IMG/VR virus record: IMGVR_UViG_3300030376_005856
Span: 1 to 38,232 of that record
Length of the DNA stretch: 38,232 nucleotides
Direction: 5' to 3' (one strand)
DNA from: a virus
Lineage: Duplodnaviria; Caudoviricetes
The notes beneath the pieces were generated by a model, which saw only the letters and a program-made list of their open reading frames with translations, made no database searches and was not told where the DNA came from. Numbering within the stretch: the stretch's first letter is position 1; each line of letters begins with the position of its first letter. This document shows positions 1-6,893 of this stretch, in pieces. The position numbers and the translations under genes are program-made.

Positions 1-30
1 CAAGGCGAAAGCCTCGCCGATTGGTTCGCT

Positions 31-417
31 ATGAATACGAGAGAGAACATTTTTAAAGATGTTGTTTTACCGCTAGGGCAAAGAATAACGGATTTATATA
101 AGAGGGGTTACAAGGTTTTAATTTGTACTTCTCGCTCACTCTCAAAAGATGATTTAGAATATTTATCAGATATTTTATATGTGCCTTTTGGGGTTAAATT
201 AATTTCAAGAAGATTAGGAGATCAAACTCCCTCTTTCACAATGAAGAAGAAAAAACTTTCATACCTTGAGAACTTTAAGCACTCAAGGGAGAAAATAAAA
301 ATTCTTATAGATGATGAGGAACAAAATCTTTTATCTTTTGAAGAATTAGGCGACAACTGTTATGGAATGTTCCCCGATCAAGCGGAGCATTTCATTGAGG
401 TTGTTCTTGATGTATAA
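31..417 (+). CDS. HAD-superfamily phosphatase-like protein (PNK 3'-phosphatase type), possibly missing its N-terminus
   Basis: ICTSR (HAD motif II-like) and LIDDEEQN (motif IV-like); motif I DxD not seen within the ORF. Confidence 0.5.
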   Translation: MNTRENIFKDVVLPLGQRITDLYKRGYKVLICTSRSLSKDDLEYLSDILYVPFGVKLISRRLGDQTPSFTMKKKKLSYLENFKHSREKIKILIDDEEQNLLSFEELGDNCYGMFPDQAEHFIEVVLDV

Positions 418-468
418 TTAAGGTTCAAGGGGAGCGACCTTTAACGCTCCCCACTTTAGGAGAAAAAA

Positions 469-663
469 ATGTTACATAAAATTTTATTAATTGTTTGCAC
501 TTTGGGGGTGGTGGGGTTCGCCGCGTTAGGGTTTCAATGGGGAATGGATGCTTGCTATCACAGAGGCTCTTCAATTGCTGATGTTGGAATTATCCATTTA
601 TCAGGAATTATTACGGGACTTATATCAGGATTATTAATTATTGAAATCACAAGGGAGGACTAA
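469..663 (+). CDS. small membrane protein
   Basis: AGGAG SD upstream; two hydrophobic segments. Confidence 0.65.
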   Translation: MLHKILLIVCTLGVVGFAALGFQWGMDACYHRGSSIADVGIIHLSGIITGLISGLLIIEITRED

Positions 664-936
664 ATGTTAGGATTAGCATTTTTAGGATTTTCGGTTACTT
701 TGGTGGTTGGTTTAATTTGGTTATTTGCGAGCGAGGGAATTCGTGAGCAACTAAAAGAGATAAATCAGCTTGAGACAAGAATTAAAAAACAGGCAAAAAG
801 CAAAACGGATTTTGCTAAACAGGAATGGACAGATTTGGCAAAGCAAAAAGACTTGCCACGATTTAGAAACGATCCTGTTTTTGCTGATAAAATTGTGAGG
901 GGGATTGAGAAAAAATTAAAAAACACAACTTCCTAA
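664..936 (+). CDS. hypothetical protein with N-terminal TM helix and coiled coil
   Basis: GGAGG SD; abuts the upstream stop. Confidence 0.65.
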   Translation: MLGLAFLGFSVTLVVGLIWLFASEGIREQLKEINQLETRIKKQAKSKTDFAKQEWTDLAKQKDLPRFRNDPVFADKIVRGIEKKLKNTTS

Positions 937-952
937 AGGGGGTGGCGCTTTC

Positions 953-1051
953 ATCTGTTGGCAATTTTGCCATTAACATTAATTAGACATTTGGTCAGAT
1001 GATTGCGCTACTTCTTTAATTTCTAAAAATAAATCTGTTGGCACTTTTGCC
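953..1051. repeat. 19-bp direct repeat ATCTGTTGGCA(A/C)TTTTGCC, two copies 80 bp apart
   Basis: copies at 953-971 and 1033-1051, one mismatch, internal GGCA-N5-TGCC dyad. Confidence 0.8.
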
Positions 1052-1090
1052 TTAATTTTTACTTGCAATCAAAAAACAGATTTATTTTAT

Positions 1091-1128
1091 AAGGGCATTT
1101 TCGTGATGGGCGAAGATGCCCTTTTTTT
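1091..1128 (+). terminator. Rho-independent terminator
   Basis: AAGGGCAT...ATGCCCTT stem followed by a T-tract. Confidence 0.75.
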
Positions 1129-1144
1129 ATGGGCGCAAGATCCT

Positions 1145-1165
1145 AAATGAGAATGATTCTCAACA
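1145..1165. promoter_or_regulatory. Fur-box-like site 1
   Basis: AAATGAGAATGATTCTCAACA, a 7-1-7 dyad resembling the Fur box TGATAAT-N-ATTATCA. Confidence 0.55.
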
Positions 1166-1235
1166 AAAAAATGTGAAAAAAAGCTTGACTTTTTTTCAAA
1201 ATCGTGCCTCGGAAAATTGACAGGCTTGACTTCAC

Positions 1236-1264
1236 GGTTTAAAATTACGTAGTAATTTTAAACC
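1236..1264. repeat. perfect 13-bp inverted repeat with 3-nt spacer
   Basis: GGTTTAAAATTAC-GTA-GTAATTTTAAACC. Confidence 0.85.
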
Positions 1265-1289
1265 ACGTCTGTTTAACAAACCCAAAAGC

Positions 1290-1312
1290 CAAATGAGAAT
1301 GATTCTCATTTG
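1290..1312. promoter_or_regulatory. Fur-box-like site 2 (perfect 11-1-11 palindrome)
   Basis: CAAATGAGAAT-G-ATTCTCATTTG, just downstream of a minus-strand promoter. Confidence 0.6.
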
Positions 1313-1321
1313 ACCGCGCCG

Positions 1322-1349
1322 ATTTTAGCACGACCGAATATATCCTGTC
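1322..1349 (-). promoter_or_regulatory. sigma70-type promoter
   Basis: minus strand TTGACA-16-TAAAAT with TGn extension. Confidence 0.55.
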
Positions 1350-1416
1350 AACGTTTTTCGAAAAAATAAATTAAATAATTCTTGCGCTGGTCTGCTAAAA
1401 ATGAGAAGATAAGCAC

Positions 1417-1620
1417 ATGGAAATATTTAAAAGAAAAAAATATATCTACACAGAATACGAAGATGAGCATATCGTGAATCTTGAGCAGGCAAACGTGCCT
1501 TATGAAATCCGAGAGGAAATCGCATTTCTTGAAATGCTGAAAAAAGGTTATCTCTCTGTTTCGGTGATTGGCGAATTGCTTGTTGTATTCGGTTTGATTT
1601 GGGTATTTTTCATTAACTAG
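1417..1620 (+). CDS. small hypothetical protein with C-terminal TM helix
   Basis: 67-aa ORF, hydrophobic C-terminus; no clear SD. Confidence 0.5.
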   Translation: MEIFKRKKYIYTEYEDEHIVNLEQANVPYEIREEIAFLEMLKKGYLSVSVIGELLVVFGLIWVFFIN

Positions 1621-1687
1621 GAAAAATACCTTATAGCCATTTTTTGAAAAGACTGCGAGAAAGGGGCGACTGTGGGCGACTGTTTCC

Positions 1688-1713
1688 AAATGCGAATGAG
1701 AATCATTCTCATG
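1688..1713. promoter_or_regulatory. Fur-box-like site 3
   Basis: AAATGCGAATGAGAATCATTCTCATG: 8-1-8 dyad plus an extra hexamer. Confidence 0.55.
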
Positions 1714-1767
1714 ATGGTGTATTACCACACCAGCACACCACCACACCGACACAGTCGCAGGCGCGCA

Positions 1768-1842
1768 GCGCCGAAGTGCGAAAGTGAAGTGCAAAAGTGA
1801 AGGTGCTCTGCGCCGAAGTGCAAAAGTGAAGTGGAAAAGTGA
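1768..1842. repeat. two 33-bp direct repeats, each containing two GAAGTGCAAAAGT-type 13-mers
   Basis: GCGCCGAAGTGCGAAAGTGAAGTGCAAAAGTGA (1768-1800) and GCGCCGAAGTGCAAAAGTGAAGTGGAAAAGTGA (1810-1842). Confidence 0.9.
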
Positions 1843-1864
1843 TGTCTGCCGCGAAGCGGCGCCG

Positions 1865-1893
1865 ATTATACCACAAATCGCTGAGAAAGTCAA
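1865..1893 (-). promoter_or_regulatory. strong sigma70 promoter firing into the repeats
   Basis: minus strand TTGACT-17-TATAAT with TGn extension. Confidence 0.8.
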
Positions 1894-1905
1894 GAAAAAT
1901 TTACA

Positions 1906-1933
1906 CAAAAAAGGGAAGTTTTTTAAACTTCCC
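1906..1933 (-). terminator. Rho-independent terminator of the minus-strand A2-like gene
   Basis: GGGAAGTTT/AAACTTCCC stem with a T-tract on the minus strand. Confidence 0.75.
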
Positions 1934-1942
1934 TAGTCTGTT

Positions 1943-2230
1943 CTAGGATACTGCGTCAAGCAGTGTCGCTAGGTCTTTTGCATTTGCATTGACTAAGCTG
2001 TGTGCTTGTATGCCTAATGCTTTCTCGATGTCCTTGACCATTTGTGATTTGAGGACTTTAGCTTGAGCAGGTGCTCTCACTTCTTTGATGTACTCAACTT
2101 TCATGTTGATCGCTTTGCTGATAACTGATCTTAAAGTTACGCCAAATTCTGATGCTAATTTTTCTGCTACTGCTTTATCGATAGGGGCAGCGTCCCTGAT
2201 TTTTTGCTCTTGTATGCTACTGTATGCCAT
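1943..2230 (-). CDS. T5 A2-like HTH DNA-binding protein
   Basis: start MAYSS with GGAGA SD; LASEFGVTLRSVISK...K...SLVNANAKDL pattern shared with T5 A2 and two paralogues here. Confidence 0.7.
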   Translation of the reverse strand: MAYSSIQEQKIRDAAPIDKAVAEKLASEFGVTLRSVISKAINMKVEYIKEVRAPAQAKVLKSQMVKDIEKALGIQAHSLVNANAKDLATLLDAVS

Positions 2231-2278
2231 TGTCGGTTCTCCGTTCTGATGCGGGACTATTCCCGAATCGATAAAAGA

Positions 2279-2307
2279 ATTATAGGGGCAATCGGAAAAA
2301 ATGTCAA
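2279..2307 (-). promoter_or_regulatory. consensus sigma70 promoter for the A2-like gene
   Basis: minus strand TTGACA-17-TATAAT. Confidence 0.85.
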
Positions 2308-2419
2308 GGATTTTTTGCACAAAAATAGAAAATAATTTCGTTTAAGGCGTCGCACCTGAGAAAATTACAATAATTGGCACAGAGGGCTTTGCAAAGCCAT
2401 TTGCGGGGAGGTGCGTCCC

Positions 2420-2452
2420 GCGCCAAAGTGCAAAAACGAAGTGCAAAACTGA
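2420..2452. repeat. third copy of the 33-bp repeat
   Basis: GCGCCAAAGTGCAAAAACGAAGTGCAAAACTGA. Confidence 0.85.
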
Positions 2453-2474
2453 TGCCGTGCCCACATAAGTGCGG

Positions 2475-2503
2475 ATTATACCGCCAAAACCGCGCTAAGT
2501 CAA
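2475..2503 (-). promoter_or_regulatory. strong sigma70 promoter firing into repeat copy 3
   Basis: minus strand TTGACT-17-TATAAT. Confidence 0.8.
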
Positions 2504-2644
2504 GATAAATTTACTTAATCGCACTTAATTTCGTATATTTCTGCGTAGCAGATCGATTACGCGTGCCGCCCCTCGGAGGTCGTTTGCGTGAGTAGTCCGA
2601 CTAAAAGTTTTTGAAAGTATTTTGTGCAATGGAGTAGATTTTAT

Positions 2645-2673
2645 TTGACATTCAATGCGTTTGCCTTCATAAT
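2645..2673 (+). promoter_or_regulatory. sigma70 early promoter
   Basis: TTGACA-17-CATAAT. Confidence 0.75.
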
Positions 2674-2825
2674 ACTTATAAATCGAAATCGGGAAGCAAT
2701 TCAGAAATCAGGAAAAAATAAATGAAAGAGCGATGACGAGACAGGCTGAGAATCTTTTTAGACCAGTAGTTTCCGAGCCTTTAAATAATCCTCTGGATTG
2801 CTGACCACAGACAGGGAGTATCAAT

Positions 2826-3047
2826 ATGACAACAATAGACGTAACAATGATGTGTTTACCAAACTTTCACTTAGACAAGTTAAGGTTTGACCAAACACCA
2901 GAAGGCAAAGCTGCTAGAAAAGAACTTCAAAGAAGGAAAATGGTTGGCTTTTATATAGAATGTGAAGAAGAAAAAGCAGAGTTTATCAAAGAGCAGGAAG
3001 AAGCTGCTAGAAGAAAAGCTCTTGCAGAAGCTAAAAAGGAGGCATAA
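2826..3047 (+). CDS. hypothetical protein
   Basis: GGGAG SD; stop overlaps the next start. Confidence 0.7.
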   Translation: MTTIDVTMMCLPNFHLDKLRFDQTPEGKAARKELQRRKMVGFYIECEEEKAEFIKEQEEAARRKALAEAKKEA

Positions 3048-3241
3048 TGGCGATACTAGGAAAAGGCGTAAGCTTTGAATTGAGAGATCACTTACTCTGC
3101 ATCGAGATAGACACAAGTCAAGATTTCGGACTGAGTGGAAGTGGAAAGTCAAATATCATAGCAACATCATCTGGAAATAAACCTATCGAAGTAAACGGCA
3201 AGACCATTTACTTAGGACTGAACTTATACGAGAAAGTGTAA
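3047..3241 (+). CDS. conserved small hypothetical protein
   Basis: AGGAGG SD; IEID..FGLS.SGKS..IATS.GN...GLNLY pattern of a widespread uncharacterised small family. Confidence 0.75.
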   Translation: MAILGKGVSFELRDHLLCIEIDTSQDFGLSGSGKSNIIATSSGNKPIEVNGKTIYLGLNLYEKV

Positions 3242-3366
3242 TGACAGAACTTCAGAAGATGAGAGTGAGAGACTGGGTAAAGAAATACGATATAATGATC
3301 CTTACCCTTTCCTTCCTAGTACTAAGTACAACACTCATAGTGCTAGAACACAAAGGAATTATTTAG
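3241..3366 (+). CDS. 41-aa membrane peptide (not in ORF track)
   Basis: TAATG coupling; MTELQKMRVRDWVKKYDIMILTLSFLVLSTTLIVLEHKGII. Confidence 0.55.
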   Translation: MTELQKMRVRDWVKKYDIMILTLSFLVLSTTLIVLEHKGII

Positions 3367-3386
3367 ACACGACAGAAAAATAATTC

Positions 3387-3415
3387 TTGACTTTTTAGGT
3401 AATTTCAATCATAAT
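3387..3415 (+). promoter_or_regulatory. sigma70 early promoter
   Basis: TTGACT-17-CATAAT with A-rich UP element. Confidence 0.75.
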
Positions 3416-3467
3416 ACATAATATGAAATTCACTAACATAATTAATAAATTAAGGAGAAAACCAAAA

Positions 3468-3776
3468 GTGGCAGACACAAGTAATTATACAGTAGAACAA
3501 GTAGAACAGATGGTTAGCAGATATACAGCTGACCCAACAAGAGCGACAGTAGATGCTCTTGCAGAAGAGTTCGGCAAAAGCGTGAGAAGTGTGATTGCAA
3601 AACTAAGTAGAGAAGGGGTGTATATAGCCCAGCAGAGACAAACTAAAGCAGGTAAGCCTGTAGTCAGAAAGTCAGACTTAGTAGCAATGTTAGAGACAAA
3701 GTTTGAGGTAGAGCTTCCAACTTTAGTCAAAGCTTCCAAAGCAGACTTAGAACTCTTATTAGAAGCAATCCAGTAG
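3468..3776 (+). CDS. T5 A2-like HTH DNA-binding protein (alternative in-frame ATG at 3423)
   Basis: GTG start with AAGGAG SD; NYT.EQ...LAEEFGKSVRSVIAKLSREGVY. Confidence 0.75.
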   Translation: MADTSNYTVEQVEQMVSRYTADPTRATVDALAEEFGKSVRSVIAKLSREGVYIAQQRQTKAGKPVVRKSDLVAMLETKFEVELPTLVKASKADLELLLEAIQ

Positions 3777-4370
3777 TAAATCTCTAGTTTTAGATTAGAG
3801 TAGTAAATCTAATTGTTTCAGATTCCCGAGACTTCGGTTAATGAAGGGGACTCTAAGGTGATAATAGAGTATAAATTAAGTATCATAGAACAAGCATTGC
3901 AAGTTCGAAACCAACTGCGACCTGCTAACACTCAGTTGTAAAATTAACTCGGCAGGGGGTAATTGAAGCGTAGATTACGACCCGAACAATCTCGTAGCAT
4001 CTCTTAGCGGTAGAGGCTTAGAAAATCCGCTTAGTGACCATTAGAGTGGTTATCGGAAGAGCGTAACGAACCGATCAAAAAATACAACGCATCACGGCAA
4101 GTAAGTGCGAAAGCATCTGAACGAGAGGCAAGTCCTCCCCCGTACTCCTCGAGCCTTAGGAGCGAGTATAAATATTGAGCATAGGAAAGGTGTCAATGCA
4201 AGGCACGACTGGAGAACCACCCTACCAGAATAAAAGAAGGGGGAAAGGACACTCCAAGAGTGTTGACAAGAGGTAAGGAACAGACTGTTATGGCGTTCCA
4301 CATCGAAATTGCGTAGAAGAGGGGGCAGTTCGAAAAGTTTAATCAATTTGGCGTAAGCCAACAAAAGAGG
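3777..4370 (+). ncRNA. candidate large structured non-coding RNA (~600 nt)
   Basis: no credible ORF; many hairpins with GNRA/UUCG loops and long-range helices. Confidence 0.6.
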
Positions 4371-4378
4371 AGTGCAAA

Positions 4379-4597
4379 ATGTCAGTATTATTTGAAAAAA
4401 GAACGAAGTACCTAATGAGAGGTACAGCATATGGTTCATCTAATCAAAGAAAGTACGGAATCAAGTTTAGAAGTATGGCAATGGTGTCAACAGAAGAACT
4501 ATTCAAAGCTTTGAATGAGGACAGAACCAAGCCTAAAATGAAGGCAAAAATCAGAAATGAGATAGTAAAAAGAGGCATCAGAATAGTAAGAAAATGA
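4379..4597 (+). CDS. small, highly basic hypothetical protein
   Basis: GAGGAG SD; K/R-rich. Confidence 0.7.
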   Translation: MSVLFEKRTKYLMRGTAYGSSNQRKYGIKFRSMAMVSTEELFKALNEDRTKPKMKAKIRNEIVKRGIRIVRK

Positions 4598-4830
4598 TGA
4601 CAGAGTTTACAGACAAAGTAGAAGAACAAAAGCTAAAGCTTGAGGCTGAGGAGTGGGGCAAGCAACTAAAATACTACCACTTCAACAATGGTGTAAGAAC
4701 CATCGAGTACAATAACGGAAACAAGATGATACACAATACAAATGACGATAAAGTCAAAGTAGAAACGTACAAAGGTGAGAAGTCATTACTTGACAGGTTT
4801 ATAGCCTCATTTGGAGACAAATGGAACTAG
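4594..4830 (+). CDS. hypothetical protein
   Basis: ATGA overlap with the upstream gene. Confidence 0.7.
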   Translation: MMTEFTDKVEEQKLKLEAEEWGKQLKYYHFNNGVRTIEYNNGNKMIHNTNDDKVKVETYKGEKSLLDRFIASFGDKWN

Positions 4831-4890
4831 GAGTAGCATTAGTAGTAATACTAATGATTTTAATAATTATAAATAACAGGAGATACTAAT

Positions 4891-5511
4891 ATGACAAAGT
4901 TGGAAATGCAACAGATTATGCTCAATGAAGTAGTTGAGAATGATTTTGGTCGTGTCGCTGTTATTTTGGAAGGGAGAGACACAGCAGGTAAGTCAGGAAC
5001 AATTCGTGAGTTGACTCACTATTTACCTACAAACAAATACTCTGTGTCTCTCAGCAATAAACCAAGTGCATGGGCTATGAAACATTGGCTCAAGTCGTGG
5101 AAAAAGAAGTTGCCCAGTGATAATCAAATCGTATTCTTTGACAGAAGTTGGTATTCAAGAGCTATGGTTCAGAAGTTGAACGGATGGTGCTCAGATAAAC
5201 AATACCAAGAGTTTATGGACAAAGTAAATGAGTGGGAAAACAAACAGAAAAATGTAACTTTTATCAAGCTATGGCTTTCTATCTCGGAAGAGGAACAAAG
5301 CCACAGGATAGCTAACAGGAAAGTATGCCCTCTGAAAAAGTGGAAGTTCTCCCCTAATGATGCAAAGGCATTATCGCAATACGATCAGATGACTATTCTC
5401 AAAGAACGAGTACTAACTCATTGTGGAGATTGGCATACTATAGATTACAATAACAAGGAAGCTGGGCGACTATCTTTAATCACTAAAGTAGTAGACTTAT
5501 TAAGGAGATAG
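4891..5511 (+). CDS. ppk2: polyphosphate kinase 2 (single-domain PPK2)
   Basis: Walker A EGRDTAGKSG, FDRSWYSR, and lid region KKWKFSPND. Confidence 0.92.
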   Translation: MTKLEMQQIMLNEVVENDFGRVAVILEGRDTAGKSGTIRELTHYLPTNKYSVSLSNKPSAWAMKHWLKSWKKKLPSDNQIVFFDRSWYSRAMVQKLNGWCSDKQYQEFMDKVNEWENKQKNVTFIKLWLSISEEEQSHRIANRKVCPLKKWKFSPNDAKALSQYDQMTILKERVLTHCGDWHTIDYNNKEAGRLSLITKVVDLLRR

Positions 5512-5512
5512 A

Positions 5513-5719
5513 ATGAAGATATTTGATGTAGAAATTGAACAGGATTTCACAAGAACAAAAACAGTAAGAATTATAGCGTCAGATGAACGTGACCTAGAAG
5601 TAAAACTAGAGGAAAAGACTCAGGGAGATGCAAGAAGAATTGGTGCTTCTGATGATTGGAACGTCTCTATCATAGCAATACATGATGAAGCTGAGTTACC
5701 TGACGCTCTCAAATACTAA
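5513..5719 (+). CDS. hypothetical protein
   Basis: AAGGAG SD. Confidence 0.7.
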   Translation: MKIFDVEIEQDFTRTKTVRIIASDERDLEVKLEEKTQGDARRIGASDDWNVSIIAIHDEAELPDALKY

Positions 5720-5740
5720 AGATCGATGCACCCTCGAAGA

Positions 5741-5769
5741 AAGGTGGGACAATAGTTCCACCTTTTTTT
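5741..5769 (+). terminator. Rho-independent terminator
   Basis: AAGGTGGGAC...GTTCCACCTT followed by a T-tract. Confidence 0.8.
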
Positions 5770-5791
5770 ATACCCGAGAGAAAAATAGTTC

Positions 5792-5820
5792 TTGACTTTG
5801 AAGTTAAGTTTTGATATAAT
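5792..5820 (+). promoter_or_regulatory. sigma70 early promoter
   Basis: TTGACT-17-TATAAT. Confidence 0.85.
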
Positions 5821-5861
5821 ATACCTACTGAAAAATCAGTTAAGAATTTTAGGAGAAAATT

Positions 5862-6113
5862 ATAGACATACAAGATGAAGGTGAGGATTTATACTCAACC
5901 TTAATAGAAGAACAACAGTACAACCCCTCGCAAGCAGTTGAGATTCTAAAAATTTATTATAGCATGAGCGAGGATCAAGCATGGACAGTTGCAAAACGAT
6001 ACCACGCAAAGATAAGGAAAATAAATGACAAAATTGAAAATAGTGCCGAAAAACAATGTGATTCAGTTCCCGACTCCCATGAGGAGAGAGGAAGTAGAAT
6101 TGCTAGCCTGTGA
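5862..6113 (+). CDS. hypothetical protein with putative non-canonical ATA/ATT start
   Basis: AGGAGA SD followed by AAATT-ATA and an 83-codon open frame. Confidence 0.45.
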   Translation: MDIQDEGEDLYSTLIEEQQYNPSQAVEILKIYYSMSEDQAWTVAKRYHAKIRKINDKIENSAEKQCDSVPDSHEERGSRIASL

Positions 6114-6276
6114 AAAGGAGATCGCAATAATAAATGAGAAAGTCAAAGCATTAGCGAATGACTTGGAACACGCTTCTAAATATCTACAAGACTTAGTAGA
6201 TGAACATGAAGTACTGAAAGATGCAGTTGAAAACGGCAAAGAAATCCTCTTTTTTGAGGATGATTGGGAGGACTAG
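6025..6276 (+). CDS. coiled-coil hypothetical protein
   Basis: AAGGA SD; NVIQFP motif; heptad pattern. Confidence 0.7.
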   Translation: MTKLKIVPKNNVIQFPTPMRREEVELLACEKEIAIINEKVKALANDLEHASKYLQDLVDEHEVLKDAVENGKEILFFEDDWED

Positions 6277-6277
6277 T

Positions 6278-6358
6278 ATGGAAGATATATTAGTGTTATT
6301 AGTATTAACTACACTTGCTGGGTTTATAATTTGGTACCTAAGTAAGTATAAAAAGTAA
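6278..6358 (+). CDS. 26-aa membrane peptide (not in ORF track)
   Basis: GGAGG SD; single TM followed by a basic tail. Confidence 0.5.
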   Translation: MEDILVLLVLTTLAGFIIWYLSKYKK

Positions 6359-6367
6359 GGAGGATGA

Positions 6368-6574
6368 ATGTCAGGAACTAAGAGAATGTTCGAAATGACA
6401 GAGCGTATAAAGGAATTAGAGTACTCTGGGTACTACGAGAAAGAGATCGTAGAAATACTCGGAGATGAGTTTAATTTAGCAAATTATTTAGCAGAGGCTA
6501 TTGTTGAGTCTTATTTCGACAATAAAGTTGCTAAAAATTTCAGTTGGGATGGAGACACAAATTATGGCAGCTAA
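6368..6574 (+). CDS. hypothetical protein
   Basis: AGGAGG SD. Confidence 0.7.
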   Translation: MSGTKRMFEMTERIKELEYSGYYEKEIVEILGDEFNLANYLAEAIVESYFDNKVAKNFSWDGDTNYGS

Positions 6575-6893
6575 CTACACAGAAGAACAAGTAGAGGTTA
6601 TGGTTGCATGGTATACTGCTGAACCTACAAGAGAAACAGTTGAGATTATAGCGAAGGAAATGAACAAGAGTACAAAGTCTGTAATCGGAAAACTCTCAAG
6701 AGAAGGTGTGTACCAGAAAGCTGAGTACCTTTCCAAAACAGGACAAAGACCTGTAACTAAAAAACAAATGGTGAACCAAATTGCTCAAAACTTGGTTGGA
6801 GATAGTACAAGACTGATGGGTTTAGAAAAAGCCCCCAAGGCAGACTTGAAGTATCTTTTAGACCTAGTGAGTGAGGAGGAAGACTTTGAGTAA
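6564..6893 (+). CDS. T5 A2-like HTH DNA-binding protein
   Basis: start MAANYTEEQ with GGAG SD; KSTKSVIGKLSREGVY; clear paralogue of 3468-3776. Confidence 0.75.
   Translation: MAANYTEEQVEVMVAWYTAEPTRETVEIIAKEMNKSTKSVIGKLSREGVYQKAEYLSKTGQRPVTKKQMVNQIAQNLVGDSTRLMGLEKAPKADLKYLLDLVSEEEDFE

Noticed and set aside
953-1051. sigma54 -24/-12 promoters (TGGCA...TTGC)
   Set aside because: GG-to-GC spacing is 7 nt, not the required 10
1768-1842. CRISPR-like array
   Set aside because: Only two adjacent units with a 9-nt gap, no unique spacers, no cas genes
1348-1908. 186-aa minus-strand ORF
   Set aside because: Its start lies upstream of its own apparent promoter, there is no SD, the translation just reads through DNA repeats, and it overlaps a + strand ORF
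4120-4300. RNase P RNA (GAGGCAAGTCC resembles GAGGAAAGUCC)
   Set aside because: No matching 3' P4 strand or other conserved regions found
3777-4370. tRNA cluster, tmRNA, or group I/II intron
   Set aside because: No cloverleaf or T-arm followed by an acceptor stem, no tag frame, no P7 or domain V motif recognised, and the flanking genes look intact
4092-4439. 115-aa minus-strand ORF
   Set aside because: Antisense to the operon, no SD, atypical composition
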